Below, one piece after another: positions 28,184-35,715 of a stretch of 54,992 nucleotides of DNA. Under the pieces are notes generated by a model that saw only the letters and a program-made list of their open reading frames with translations, did not search any database and was not told the DNA's origin. Positions within the stretch are counted from its first letter, which is position 1; each line of letters opens with the position of its first letter. The stretch is taken from the IMG/VR virus record IMGVR_UViG_3300012987_000011, positions 1 to 54,992 of that record, one strand, 5' to 3'. The translations under genes and the position numbers were made by a program. The stretch is from a virus (lineage: Duplodnaviria > Caudoviricetes).

Positions 28184-28545
28184 GGCTCGATCACTCCCGA
28201 TTCCAGGTCTAGGACGTATCCTGCTGTGCGACGCCACCTTTTAAGCATCTCTCGGCTCAATGCGTTGTTGCGCTCGCCGTTGACCAGGGTGTCCCACGAT
28301 GGAAGGCTGGCGATGTCGTCGCCGTGGTGGATGACGCGCAGCCGCTCGGCCAGCTCGTCCACCTTGGCGGCACGCTCGGTCTGTTTCAGAGCGATCTCGA
28401 TGGCGGCTTGCTCGATCTTGTCGGCCTCGTCGCGCATGAACCCTGGGGAGTAACCCACGCCGGGGTGCACACCGCGGAACATGGCAAACTCATCCAGCGT
28501 GTCCGCCGCATCCCGAAGTCGTTCGGGCAGTGTGTGTTCGGTCAT
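28180..28545 (-). CDS. Hypothetical protein
   Basis: ATGA overlaps; 'LPERLRDAADTL...LRDEAD'-type sequence. Confidence 0.65.
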   Translation of the reverse strand: MTEHTLPERLRDAADTLDEFAMFRGVHPGVGYSPGFMRDEADKIEQAAIEIALKQTERAAKVDELAERLRVIHHGDDIASLPSWDTLVNGERNNALSREMLKRWRRTAGYVLDLESGVIEP

Positions 28546-28952
28546 TTGCTACTCACTTTCATATAGAACCCCACATCGTGGGGCAGGTTGTTGCGCTGAT
28601 ACCGGAACATCTTGTTGACAACCACCTCGGTGGCCAATTCACGCTCGGTGTAGGTGTGTGTGGTCCACGTGCGGGGGGCCAGGATGCGAATGATGTTGCG
28701 GGTCTTACCGCGCGTGATGATGGCACTGCGTACCGGACTGATGAACACCCGAACCTCACCACGCCTGCGGGCCTCGTACTGGCGGTGCTCGCCAATGGTG
28801 CCCACGCCAGCTGTCAGATCCCGGTTGGGGTGGTCGCAGAAATGGCCGACCGGGGTGTCGTTGTGCACCCAGCCCCGGTATCCGCAGACTGGTCCTCCGC
28901 CACGGCATTTCCGGACCTGGCGACCACAGTTGTCGCAGTACTTCATGACCAC
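28542..28952 (-). CDS. Hypothetical protein (CxxC)
   Basis: ORF fills the gap; CDNC. Confidence 0.55.
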   Translation of the reverse strand: MVMKYCDNCGRQVRKCRGGGPVCGYRGWVHNDTPVGHFCDHPNRDLTAGVGTIGEHRQYEARRRGEVRVFISPVRSAIITRGKTRNIIRILAPRTWTTHTYTERELATEVVVNKMFRYQRNNLPHDVGFYMKVSSK

Positions 28953-29025
28953 GCCCCGGTGATGAGTAGGAAATTGCCGATCAGGAGGCCCACGCTGACA
29001 CCGAGCCCGAAGACTACCCAGCGAT

Positions 29026-29988
29026 TCACTTCTCGCCGCCGATCACGGTCACCATCTTCTGGACCGCCTTCTGGACACGCGCCGCGGTGGCCTTGATGGC
29101 CTCGCCGGCCGGCGTGCCGGTGACCCCGGCCCAGCCCAGCAGGTAGGTCTCGCTGTACGCCTCTGTGTCGAGCCCGAGGATCGCTCCGGCCACATAGGCT
29201 GCCGACTCGGCTTCCAGCTCGCGTACGGCCCGGTCAGCCGGTGCGTCGGGGTGCCTGTTGCCGTCGCCGTCCACGTGCAGGATGACGTGGGCCATCTCGT
29301 GCAGCGCGGTCTTGGCCTGCATCGCGGGCTCCATGGCGTCGCTGACGACGACGCGCTTGCTGCCGTCGGTGGTGGTGTACCCCTTGGCGCTGCCGTCGAT
29401 GGGCGCCAGATCGAAGCTCCAGCCGATCGAGTCCAGCCAGCAGGACACAGCCAGGGTGAGCCCGCCATGGTCCGCTCCGGTGAGCAGGGGTGGGTGTGCT
29501 GCGCCCAGGTTGACCACGGGCGCTCCCTCAATCTGATCGGTCTGGTCGATGTCGAACACCGACACCACCGGGTAGTAGGTCCGGTAGCGCTTGTTGCCCT
29601 TCTCGTCCAGGACCGGGTTGCCGTCCTCGTCCACGATGAGCTTCTTGCTGAACCCGAAGATCCGGAGCCCGGTCTCACCCTTGCGGACCTGGCGACCCTT
29701 CTCCTGCCACGCCTTGAACCCGGCGACCAGGGTGGGCATCTCCAGCCCCCGGCTGATGCGCTGAGACCACATCAGGATCAGGTTGTTGAACGAGTAGCTG
29801 TGGAAACCCTTCATGAACTGGAGGTAGGCCTTCCACTCGTCGGACTCGGACAGCGTCTGGACCTTGAGCGCGATGGCGCGGTGCAGCTCGGAGGCCTCCG
29901 CCTGCCGTGCCTCGTTCAGTTCGGCGCGCTTCGCCTCGGACAGCTTCGGGCGGGTGGGGGTCTTGCGCTTACGGGTGGCGGTGGCCAT
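29026..29988 (-). CDS. ardC: ArdC-like antirestriction protein (DUF1738 ssDNA-binding + zincin HExxH domain)
   Basis: 'FHSYSFNN...VAGFKAWQEKGRQVRKGE...VFDIDQT', 'HEMAH', 'ELEAES.AY', 'YS..YL.GW'. Confidence 0.85.
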   Translation of the reverse strand: MATATRKRKTPTRPKLSEAKRAELNEARQAEASELHRAIALKVQTLSESDEWKAYLQFMKGFHSYSFNNLILMWSQRISRGLEMPTLVAGFKAWQEKGRQVRKGETGLRIFGFSKKLIVDEDGNPVLDEKGNKRYRTYYPVVSVFDIDQTDQIEGAPVVNLGAAHPPLLTGADHGGLTLAVSCWLDSIGWSFDLAPIDGSAKGYTTTDGSKRVVVSDAMEPAMQAKTALHEMAHVILHVDGDGNRHPDAPADRAVRELEAESAAYVAGAILGLDTEAYSETYLLGWAGVTGTPAGEAIKATAARVQKAVQKMVTVIGGEK

Positions 29989-30017
29989 CTCAGATCCTCT
30001 CGCAGGGGTTTGATGTC

Positions 30018-30026
30018 ATTGTACCA
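30018..30026 (-). promoter_or_regulatory. Extended -10 promoter TGGTACAAT
   Basis: Intergenic, upstream of the ardC-like RBS. Confidence 0.65.
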
Positions 30027-30030
30027 CAGG

Positions 30031-30465
30031 TTAGGTGCGTTGACTGATGATGTCAACGGGCGTGCGGTATTGCGGGGTGCGCTCCGTCATGTCGCGGGCA
30101 CGGTGGCGGTCCAGATGGATCTGCGCGTTCTTCTTCGCGGTGGCCTTGGTGGTCCACTCCACGTTGCCGGTGTCACTGGCAACGCCACGCTGGCAGCGAC
30201 GGCAATGTGCGCCGTAGACAGTGCGGTACGAGTAGGCGCGCTTCTCGATCACGACGGAGTTGATTGTCGCCAACAGGGTCTCGGCCGCCATCAGCTTCTG
30301 CACCGATGCGGTCTCGTACTCGTCCACCACATCCTCGGACGGGCGGCCGGACACTGCGTCATAGGCGGCACTGGCCTCGTCCAGGCGGGTGGTCTCGTTG
30401 TCATACCAGCGCCGCGCCTGGGCAATGGTGTAGCTGGGCAAGGGGGGTGGGGTCGTTGCGCTCAT
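30031..30465 (-). CDS. Hypothetical protein starting MSATTPPP
   Basis: ATG within a motif copy; C-terminal CxxC...H...H. Confidence 0.65.
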   Translation of the reverse strand: MSATTPPPLPSYTIAQARRWYDNETTRLDEASAAYDAVSGRPSEDVVDEYETASVQKLMAAETLLATINSVVIEKRAYSYRTVYGAHCRRCQRGVASDTGNVEWTTKATAKKNAQIHLDRHRARDMTERTPQYRTPVDIISQRT

Positions 30466-30469
30466 AGGT

Positions 30470-30892
30470 TCAGCCCTGCCACTCGAAAGTCTTACCGACC
30501 AGCTCGGGCTGGCGGCCGCACTCCACGATGGTGACGACATAGAACGCGTCCAGGTTGACGCCGTGGCCGTCGCCGGTGTACTCGAACAGCAGGTCTTGCA
30601 GGTCGTCGTCCGTCATGCCCGCGTTGGTGGTGACCTCGTGGAACTGAGTGGACTCGTGGCCGTCGACATAGGCGTTTTCCACTTTGATACGCATGATCAT
30701 CGGATCCATCTCGGGGTCGGCGGGTAGTGCCATCGGCACTTTGAAGTCGACGTCCCACACGCCGAACCCGTTGGCGTACAACGCGTTGACAATGGTTCGT
30801 CCCATGGTGGCCTGTTCGTTGTCATCCATCGGAATGCGGGAACTGGGGGTGACTCCCAGGGTGACAGACAGGGGTGGGGTCGTTGCGCTCAT
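30470..30892 (-). CDS. Hypothetical protein starting MSATTPPL
   Basis: GGGAG RBS; ATG within a motif copy. Confidence 0.7.
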   Translation of the reverse strand: MSATTPPLSVTLGVTPSSRIPMDDNEQATMGRTIVNALYANGFGVWDVDFKVPMALPADPEMDPMIMRIKVENAYVDGHESTQFHEVTTNAGMTDDDLQDLLFEYTGDGHGVNLDAFYVVTIVECGRQPELVGKTFEWQG

Positions 30893-30893
30893 A

Positions 30894-31361
30894 TCAAACT
30901 CCCAAAAAATCTTCGAGTGATTCACGGGTTACATGGGGATTCCAGCCCTCGCCGGGCGTGCTGTTGACAACGAGACCTGTTGCCAGCCAGCCGATCGCGT
31001 GGTTGACGTCGTCGTCTTCGATCATGTCACCGTCGCTGTCGTAGCCGTAGGATGGCCGGTTACCCGCGTCGTCCTGGACCATGACGGCGTTCATGTCCTC
31101 CATCTGCATGTAGTTCAGCAGATCGCGGGCGGCATCGACCGGGCCGTAGGGGGGTGGGGTCGTTGCGCTCGGGCCGTAGGGGGGTGGGGTCGTTGCGCTC
31201 AGCATGCCGATGAGTGCGTGAGCCTGTTCGCTGGAGGTGGCCCAGGCGATGACGCCGTCATCATTGACGACGCCATACATACCGGAGGGGTGGCCGGGAA
31301 TATCGGTGTCGGACAAGATGACTCCATAGCCATCTTCGGGGGGTGGGGTCGTTGCGCTCAT
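30894..31361 (-). CDS. Acidic hypothetical protein with SATTPPP repeats (alternative in-frame start at 31442)
   Basis: GGAG RBS before ATG 31361; exact 30-bp tandem duplication at 31141-31200. Confidence 0.65.
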   Translation of the reverse strand: MSATTPPPEDGYGVILSDTDIPGHPSGMYGVVNDDGVIAWATSSEQAHALIGMLSATTPPPYGPSATTPPPYGPVDAARDLLNYMQMEDMNAVMVQDDAGNRPSYGYDSDGDMIEDDDVNHAIGWLATGLVVNSTPGEGWNPHVTRESLEDFLGV

Positions 31362-31403
31362 GTGATCTCCAGGGGTTGGGGGTGGGGTCGTTGCGCTATA
31401 GCC

Positions 31404-31412
31404 ATTATACCA
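31404..31412 (-). promoter_or_regulatory. Extended -10 promoter TGGTATAAT flanked by motif copies
   Basis: Consensus TGnTATAAT between motif copies at 31421 and 31379. Confidence 0.7.
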
Positions 31413-31446
31413 CACCGAAGGGGGTGGGGTGGTTGCGCTCATAGCG

Positions 31447-31689
31447 TCAGGCGGAGTTCCGCCGCATATGGTCGATGAACAGGTGCTCGGGCAACCACGC
31501 CGTCGGAGTCGGCGACAACTCCCGGTAGGCACAGTTGACCCACCCTTCGGTCTCCAATTCGTTCTGCGCGTTGGCAATGAAGTACTCGGGCGCCATGTTC
31601 GGAAACGCAATCAACGTGGCCTCGTAATACTCCCAGCTGCCCGTGGACGCATCGGATTCGTGAGCCTGCATGACTCGGACTCTGCGCAT
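31447..31689 (-). CDS. Hypothetical protein
   Basis: ORF tiles between neighbours. Confidence 0.55.
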   Translation of the reverse strand: MRRVRVMQAHESDASTGSWEYYEATLIAFPNMAPEYFIANAQNELETEGWVNCAYRELSPTPTAWLPEHLFIDHMRRNSA

Positions 31690-31692
31690 GGG

Positions 31693-32139
31693 TCAGCCCT
31701 GCTCGTGTGTCGGGATACCGTAGTGGTCGCAGTCGCAGAGATCGGGCATGTATGCGGGCTGGACCGTGCTGCCGATGTTCTGGTGAGCGGTGGCCGGGTA
31801 GTTCTCCAGGAATCCGTCCAGGCCAACGTACTTGGACATTCCGGTGTAAACGCGCGCGTTCGGGTTGACGTCGAACACGCCCTGGATCGCATCGCGGTAG
31901 GCATGCCAGCATGCGGCCTTCAATCGGCGACCGGAATGTGACCGGCGGGCACCGGGAGCGGACAGCTCCGTCTTGGGCCACATGGCAGCACCGGACTCGG
32001 CAACGATGACACGGGCACGAAATCGGGTGGGGGACATCTGAGTGCCGATCTCCACGCGCAGATTCTCGGAGTAGTGGGCCATGCTGATCTTGGCCACGGC
32101 GGAGCGGAAGTCTTCGGGAGTGATGCCGGTAATGATCAC
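31693..32139 (-). CDS. Hypothetical protein
   Basis: AGGA RBS and upstream promoter; 'GARRSHSGRRL.AACWHA.RD'. Confidence 0.7.
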   Translation of the reverse strand: MIITGITPEDFRSAVAKISMAHYSENLRVEIGTQMSPTRFRARVIVAESGAAMWPKTELSAPGARRSHSGRRLKAACWHAYRDAIQGVFDVNPNARVYTGMSKYVGLDGFLENYPATAHQNIGSTVQPAYMPDLCDCDHYGIPTHEQG

Positions 32140-32190
32140 TTGCGGTTTCCTATCTCAGTTGGTTGGGCGGGTGGTCGGTGGTACAAGTCC

Positions 32191-32199
32191 ATTGTACCA
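32191..32199 (-). promoter_or_regulatory. Extended -10 promoter TGGTACAAT
   Basis: Intergenic, upstream of 32139. Confidence 0.65.
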
Positions 32200-32214
32200 C
32201 ACTCGGTGGAGTGC

Positions 32215-32600
32215 TCCGTGGCGGCCGCCAAATACAGGTAGGGCGCCAAAACCATTAGGAGGGTAGGACGGCCGCCAAAAAATATAAAGGGGTCGGAGCG
32301 GGGTCGGTAGCGGCCGCCAATAGTAGGTAGGGGGTCGGTAGGGGTCGGTAGGGGTCGGAGGTATTGACCGGCTACGCCCGTCGGCCGCATCCGCCCACCC
32401 GCCGGTCGCGGCCGCCCGCGCGTTGCTGCCACGGCGGCCGCGCGGCCGCGCGCACCGACCCGGCCGCGCGGAATCGCCCGGCCGGCAACGGGTCCGGACG
32501 GCCGCCGGCCCGCGCGCGAAACGTATTCGCCGGCTGCCCGGCCTGGCGGCCTGGCGGAGGCCGGCGGCGATTCCACGGGAGCGCTTGCCATTCCAACCGA
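32215..32600. repeat. Non-coding repeat zone
   Basis: GCCGCCAA/GCGCCAAA x4, GGGGTCGG(TA) x5, then a very GC-rich palindrome-dense tract. Confidence 0.75.
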
Positions 32601-32602
32601 TA

Positions 32603-32633
32603 CGGCCGCCACCCGGTGAACGGGTGGCGGCCG
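32603..32633 (-). terminator. Perfect 13-bp hairpin ending the 36.7-32.6 kb operon
   Basis: CGGCCGCCACCCG-GTGAA-CGGGTGGCGGCCG, 7 nt after the stop at 32641. Confidence 0.7.
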
Positions 32634-32640
32634 CAACGGG

Positions 32641-32793
32641 TTACGCGTCGTCGTCGTCGTCTGCCTCCGTTCCGCCATGGCCGGAGCATTCCGCTCCACC
32701 GCACTGACATTCTTTCTTCGGCTGGAGCGCGGCTCCGGCGACGGCCACGGCCACGCCTCCGCCCAGAATGAACGTGGATGCTGTCGCGCTCAC
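32641..32793 (-). CDS. Small membrane protein (50 aa)
   Basis: GTGA overlap; hydrophobic N-terminus, Cys and acidic tail. Confidence 0.5.
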   Translation of the reverse strand: MSATASTFILGGGVAVAVAGAALQPKKECQCGGAECSGHGGTEADDDDDA

Positions 32794-32963
32794 AGAGTCA
32801 CCGACATTCCGTCTCGGAGCCATCGCCGGGTGGCCAACTCACCACGGAGCGCAAAGCCTCCGGCGAAGCACACGAGGAACACGGAGGCCGCCAGCATGAG
32901 GATCGCTCCGGCCTCCGCCCTGGAGATCTCCAGCCACGCCGCCAGCGCGGCCGCCGGGCTCAT
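32790..32963 (-). CDS. Small membrane protein (57 aa)
   Basis: ATGA overlap; one TM helix. Confidence 0.55.
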   Translation of the reverse strand: MSPAAALAAWLEISRAEAGAILMLAASVFLVCFAGGFALRGELATRRWLRDGMSVTL

Positions 32964-33082
32964 CGTGGCCACGCCGCGACAACAAGCGCCACCACGGCCA
33001 GAATGGCCAGCGCGGTGAACACGTACGGCCACGCGCTACCGGCCGCCAGCGCGAGCATGTAGCCATCCACAATGGCGTTCAT
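32960..33082 (-). CDS. Small membrane protein (40 aa)
   Basis: GGAG RBS; ATGA overlap; MNAIVDGYMLALAAGSAWPYVFTALAILAVVALVVAAWPR. Confidence 0.55.
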   Translation of the reverse strand: MNAIVDGYMLALAAGSAWPYVFTALAILAVVALVVAAWPR

Positions 33083-33360
33083 GCGAGATCTCCGAGCAAG
33101 CCCCAACCGTCTGCCATATCGGCCGCCAGCTCTGCGGCCGCCGTATCGGCCTCCACGTTCATGCTCAGCGCGTCAGCGGCCGCGTGGATGCCCTGCCAGT
33201 CTCCGGCCGCCAGCGCGGCCGCCAGAGCGCGAACGTTCGGCGACTGTTCCCGTAGGCCGTCCGCCTGGAGCCACCCGGCGACGACGGCCGCACCGTCATC
33301 CGCCAGCACCGTGGCGCTCCGCCGATCGTCGCGCTGGTCTCTTACCGTCACGTACAACAT
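33079..33360 (-). CDS. Hypothetical protein
   Basis: Shared TGAGATGGGA leader. Confidence 0.65.
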   Translation of the reverse strand: MLYVTVRDQRDDRRSATVLADDGAAVVAGWLQADGLREQSPNVRALAAALAAGDWQGIHAAADALSMNVEADTAAAELAADMADGWGLLGDLA

Positions 33361-33403
33361 GGTTTTCGTCCCATCTCATTGGTTGGTGCCCGTGAACCGT
33401 TCC

Positions 33404-33460
33404 GGCTCCGGCTGACGCGCTCCAGGTCTCTCACACCTGGAGCGCATCCGTCGGAGTCAG
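33404..33460. repeat. Conserved intergenic hairpin element, copy 1
   Basis: Arms identical to 35660-35715; ~21-bp imperfect stem. Confidence 0.85.
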
Positions 33461-35610
33461 TCCGTCAGCTTGGACAGGTCGTAACTACCGGGTGCCGGAG
33501 CCGTCGAGTCGCGCAGCACGCGCACGTTCCGGATGTGCTCCGGCCGGACCTCCAGGCCGCCCAGCTTCTTGCCCAGCTCGATGGCGATGGCGTAGGTATC
33601 GGCCGCATGCTCCGCAGCGCGTCGCGCGTCACCGGCCGCTGTCCTCATCTCCACACGGGAATTGCTGAGAGTGCCAGCGTTGTTCGGCAACTCCACGTCG
33701 ACCACAACGGGCGTGATCCAAAACGCTTTGTACCAATCACGGCCGCTGGCACTGGCCTCCGGCAGGTACTCACCATTGCGATTCCGGCCGTCGCGGTCGT
33801 AGAACCCGATACCGCGCAACGTGCGGTCCAGCTCCGAGCACTGCGACGTGAGATCGCCACGCATGCACGCCACTTTGTTCACGATGCCGCCGGGCATCCA
33901 CATTTCCAGCGTGTCCGCCAGCTTGCGTTCGGCGGCCGCGACGGAGTCACGCGCTCCGACGGCCTCCAGGCGGAGCCGCTGAACTTCGGCGGTCTGTTCC
34001 GTCCGCACGCGTTCAATCTGCGACAGGTAGGCCTGCTGCTGATCCGCCAGTGCCAGCGTGTGTTTGGCCTTCAGCTCTGCCAGCAATGCGCGGACCTCCG
34101 GCGACCGACCCGGCTCCACGGCCGTCCACCCGTCGGAGCCCAGATCACGCGCGGTCAGCTTGCGGCCGTCGGAGGCTCTGGTCAGCTCGACGTCGCGGTA
34201 GTTCTCGCACGTCACATCGTGGTCCAAGTCTTCACTGACAACCCAAGCGGTGGGGCCGTCGCTGACCGTGCCTCCGGCTCCGACGGCCGCAATCGCATCC
34301 GCCATGAACAACGGACCGAACGGAAATTCCAGACTGTCGCCGGTCGACACCACGGTCCACTCCGCACTGTGGTGCTCGTGGTCGCGCTGGTAATGCCGGT
34401 ATCCCGTGCGAACCGTGAGAACGATCGGCAGGTCGTTCACCGGCAATCCGACGCGCCATTTACCCGCGCTGGCATGCTCCACGACGCCGTGCATACCGGC
34501 GGCCGCGACGGCCTCCGCCAGCGTCAGACCGGCCGGGGAATCCGCGACCGGCTCCGGCTCCGCGATGGCGGCCGCCGGGCCGTATGCCGTTACGGTCCAG
34601 CCGTCTTGAATCCAACGTCCGAGCCCGTCGCCGGAGCCGTCGCCGTATCCGTCCATGATCGACGTCACGCCGTCGACCACCTGGACGGTGTAACGGGTGC
34701 CGGAGCGCGTAACCGCGCCACCGTTGCCTGCCAGCTCGCACGCCTCCGGCAGACGCATACCGTGCACGGGTAGCTCCGGCCGGGTGGCCGGAGCCGCCGC
34801 CTCCGTCTCTTCGGCCACCTGATGGCGGAGCACGCGCCACGGGTACGTCGACAGTCCGTTGGTGCCGACGTAGTCGACTCCGTCGCGATAGAGACCCGTG
34901 GAATCGCTGACCACATAGAACGACTGACTGGCGACCACTCCACCCGGCCCGGCGACGCGCATTGCCTCCGCCAGCTCCAGCCCGGTCACGATCTCCAGGG
35001 CGAAACGACTGCCGTCCGCGCGATGAACCGGAGCCATGCGGGCCGTGGTGCGGAACGGAGATCCGCCATTGGAGCAGATCTCCACGATGCGATCGGCCGC
35101 GCTATACCCGGTCAGCCAATAGTGAGCCCCGCTGACATCGCGCATGATTCCGTTGATTCCGGTCAGCGCGGCCGCGATGGCGGCCGGGTAGAACACGTCG
35201 GTCTCTGTGTCGTCGTCGTCGTTGTCGTCGTCGCCGGTGACGTCGATCGACGTCACGACGTAGTCGTAGCTGGAGTCCGTTTCGTCATATTCGTCGGAGT
35301 CGATCTCCATGTACTCACCATCGGTGGCTTGCTCCGGCTCCGAGTCCAGGACGTAACGGGTCTCTTCGCCATCGTCGTTGCCGTCGTCATCCACGGCCAC
35401 CATGGCCACCACGGTCACCGGGTCTCCGGTCTCCATCTCTTCGGCATCGCAGTAGCTGTCATGTTCCGAGCATCCGCCGGAGCATGAGACCTCGCGCGAC
35501 GGAATGGCGGACTCGATGGCGGTCACCCGGTAGGTGACTCCGATCGAGGTGTCACGGATGAACCCGCCGATACCGGCTTGCTCTGCTGCGGTCGTGATTT
35601 GAAGCGTCAT
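33457..35610 (-). CDS. 717-aa protein: acidic N-terminus, four ~73-aa internal repeats, coiled coil
   Basis: Long ORF with AGGA RBS; repeats start GLELAEA, GMRLPEA, GLTLAEA, LFMADA and each ends in W-x-V or W-x-x-V. Confidence 0.85.
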   Translation of the reverse strand: MTLQITTAAEQAGIGGFIRDTSIGVTYRVTAIESAIPSREVSCSGGCSEHDSYCDAEEMETGDPVTVVAMVAVDDDGNDDGEETRYVLDSEPEQATDGEYMEIDSDEYDETDSSYDYVVTSIDVTGDDDNDDDDTETDVFYPAAIAAALTGINGIMRDVSGAHYWLTGYSAADRIVEICSNGGSPFRTTARMAPVHRADGSRFALEIVTGLELAEAMRVAGPGGVVASQSFYVVSDSTGLYRDGVDYVGTNGLSTYPWRVLRHQVAEETEAAAPATRPELPVHGMRLPEACELAGNGGAVTRSGTRYTVQVVDGVTSIMDGYGDGSGDGLGRWIQDGWTVTAYGPAAAIAEPEPVADSPAGLTLAEAVAAAGMHGVVEHASAGKWRVGLPVNDLPIVLTVRTGYRHYQRDHEHHSAEWTVVSTGDSLEFPFGPLFMADAIAAVGAGGTVSDGPTAWVVSEDLDHDVTCENYRDVELTRASDGRKLTARDLGSDGWTAVEPGRSPEVRALLAELKAKHTLALADQQQAYLSQIERVRTEQTAEVQRLRLEAVGARDSVAAAERKLADTLEMWMPGGIVNKVACMRGDLTSQCSELDRTLRGIGFYDRDGRNRNGEYLPEASASGRDWYKAFWITPVVVDVELPNNAGTLSNSRVEMRTAAGDARRAAEHAADTYAIAIELGKKLGGLEVRPEHIRNVRVLRDSTAPAPGSYDLSKLTD

Positions 35611-35659
35611 TGTCGTGTCCTATCTCAGGTTGGGTAATGCGTTGATTCCGTAGCCGTCT

Positions 35660-35715
35660 GGCTCCGGCTGACGCGCTCCAGGCTGGCAGTACTGGAGCGC
35701 ATCCGTCGGAGTCAG
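35660..35715. repeat. Conserved intergenic hairpin element, copy 2
   Basis: Arms identical to 33404-33460 with a different loop. Confidence 0.85.

Larger units (their letters stand above)
26824..31442 (-). repeat. Dispersed 18-bp asymmetric motif GCGCA-N4-CCCCACCCC, 12 copies, one orientation
   Basis: Copies start at 26824, 27390, 28162, 29487, 29951, 30444, 30871, 31151, 31181, 31340, 31379, 31421. Confidence 0.92.

Noticed and set aside
31141-31442. Mini CRISPR array formed by the repeated motif
   Set aside because: Spacing is irregular (30, 159, 39, 42 bp), the repeat is not palindromic, copies lie in coding frames and there is no cas operon
33404-35715. True integron attC sites
   Set aside because: No RYYYAAC/GTTRRRY ends and no integrase in the window; kept only as an analogy
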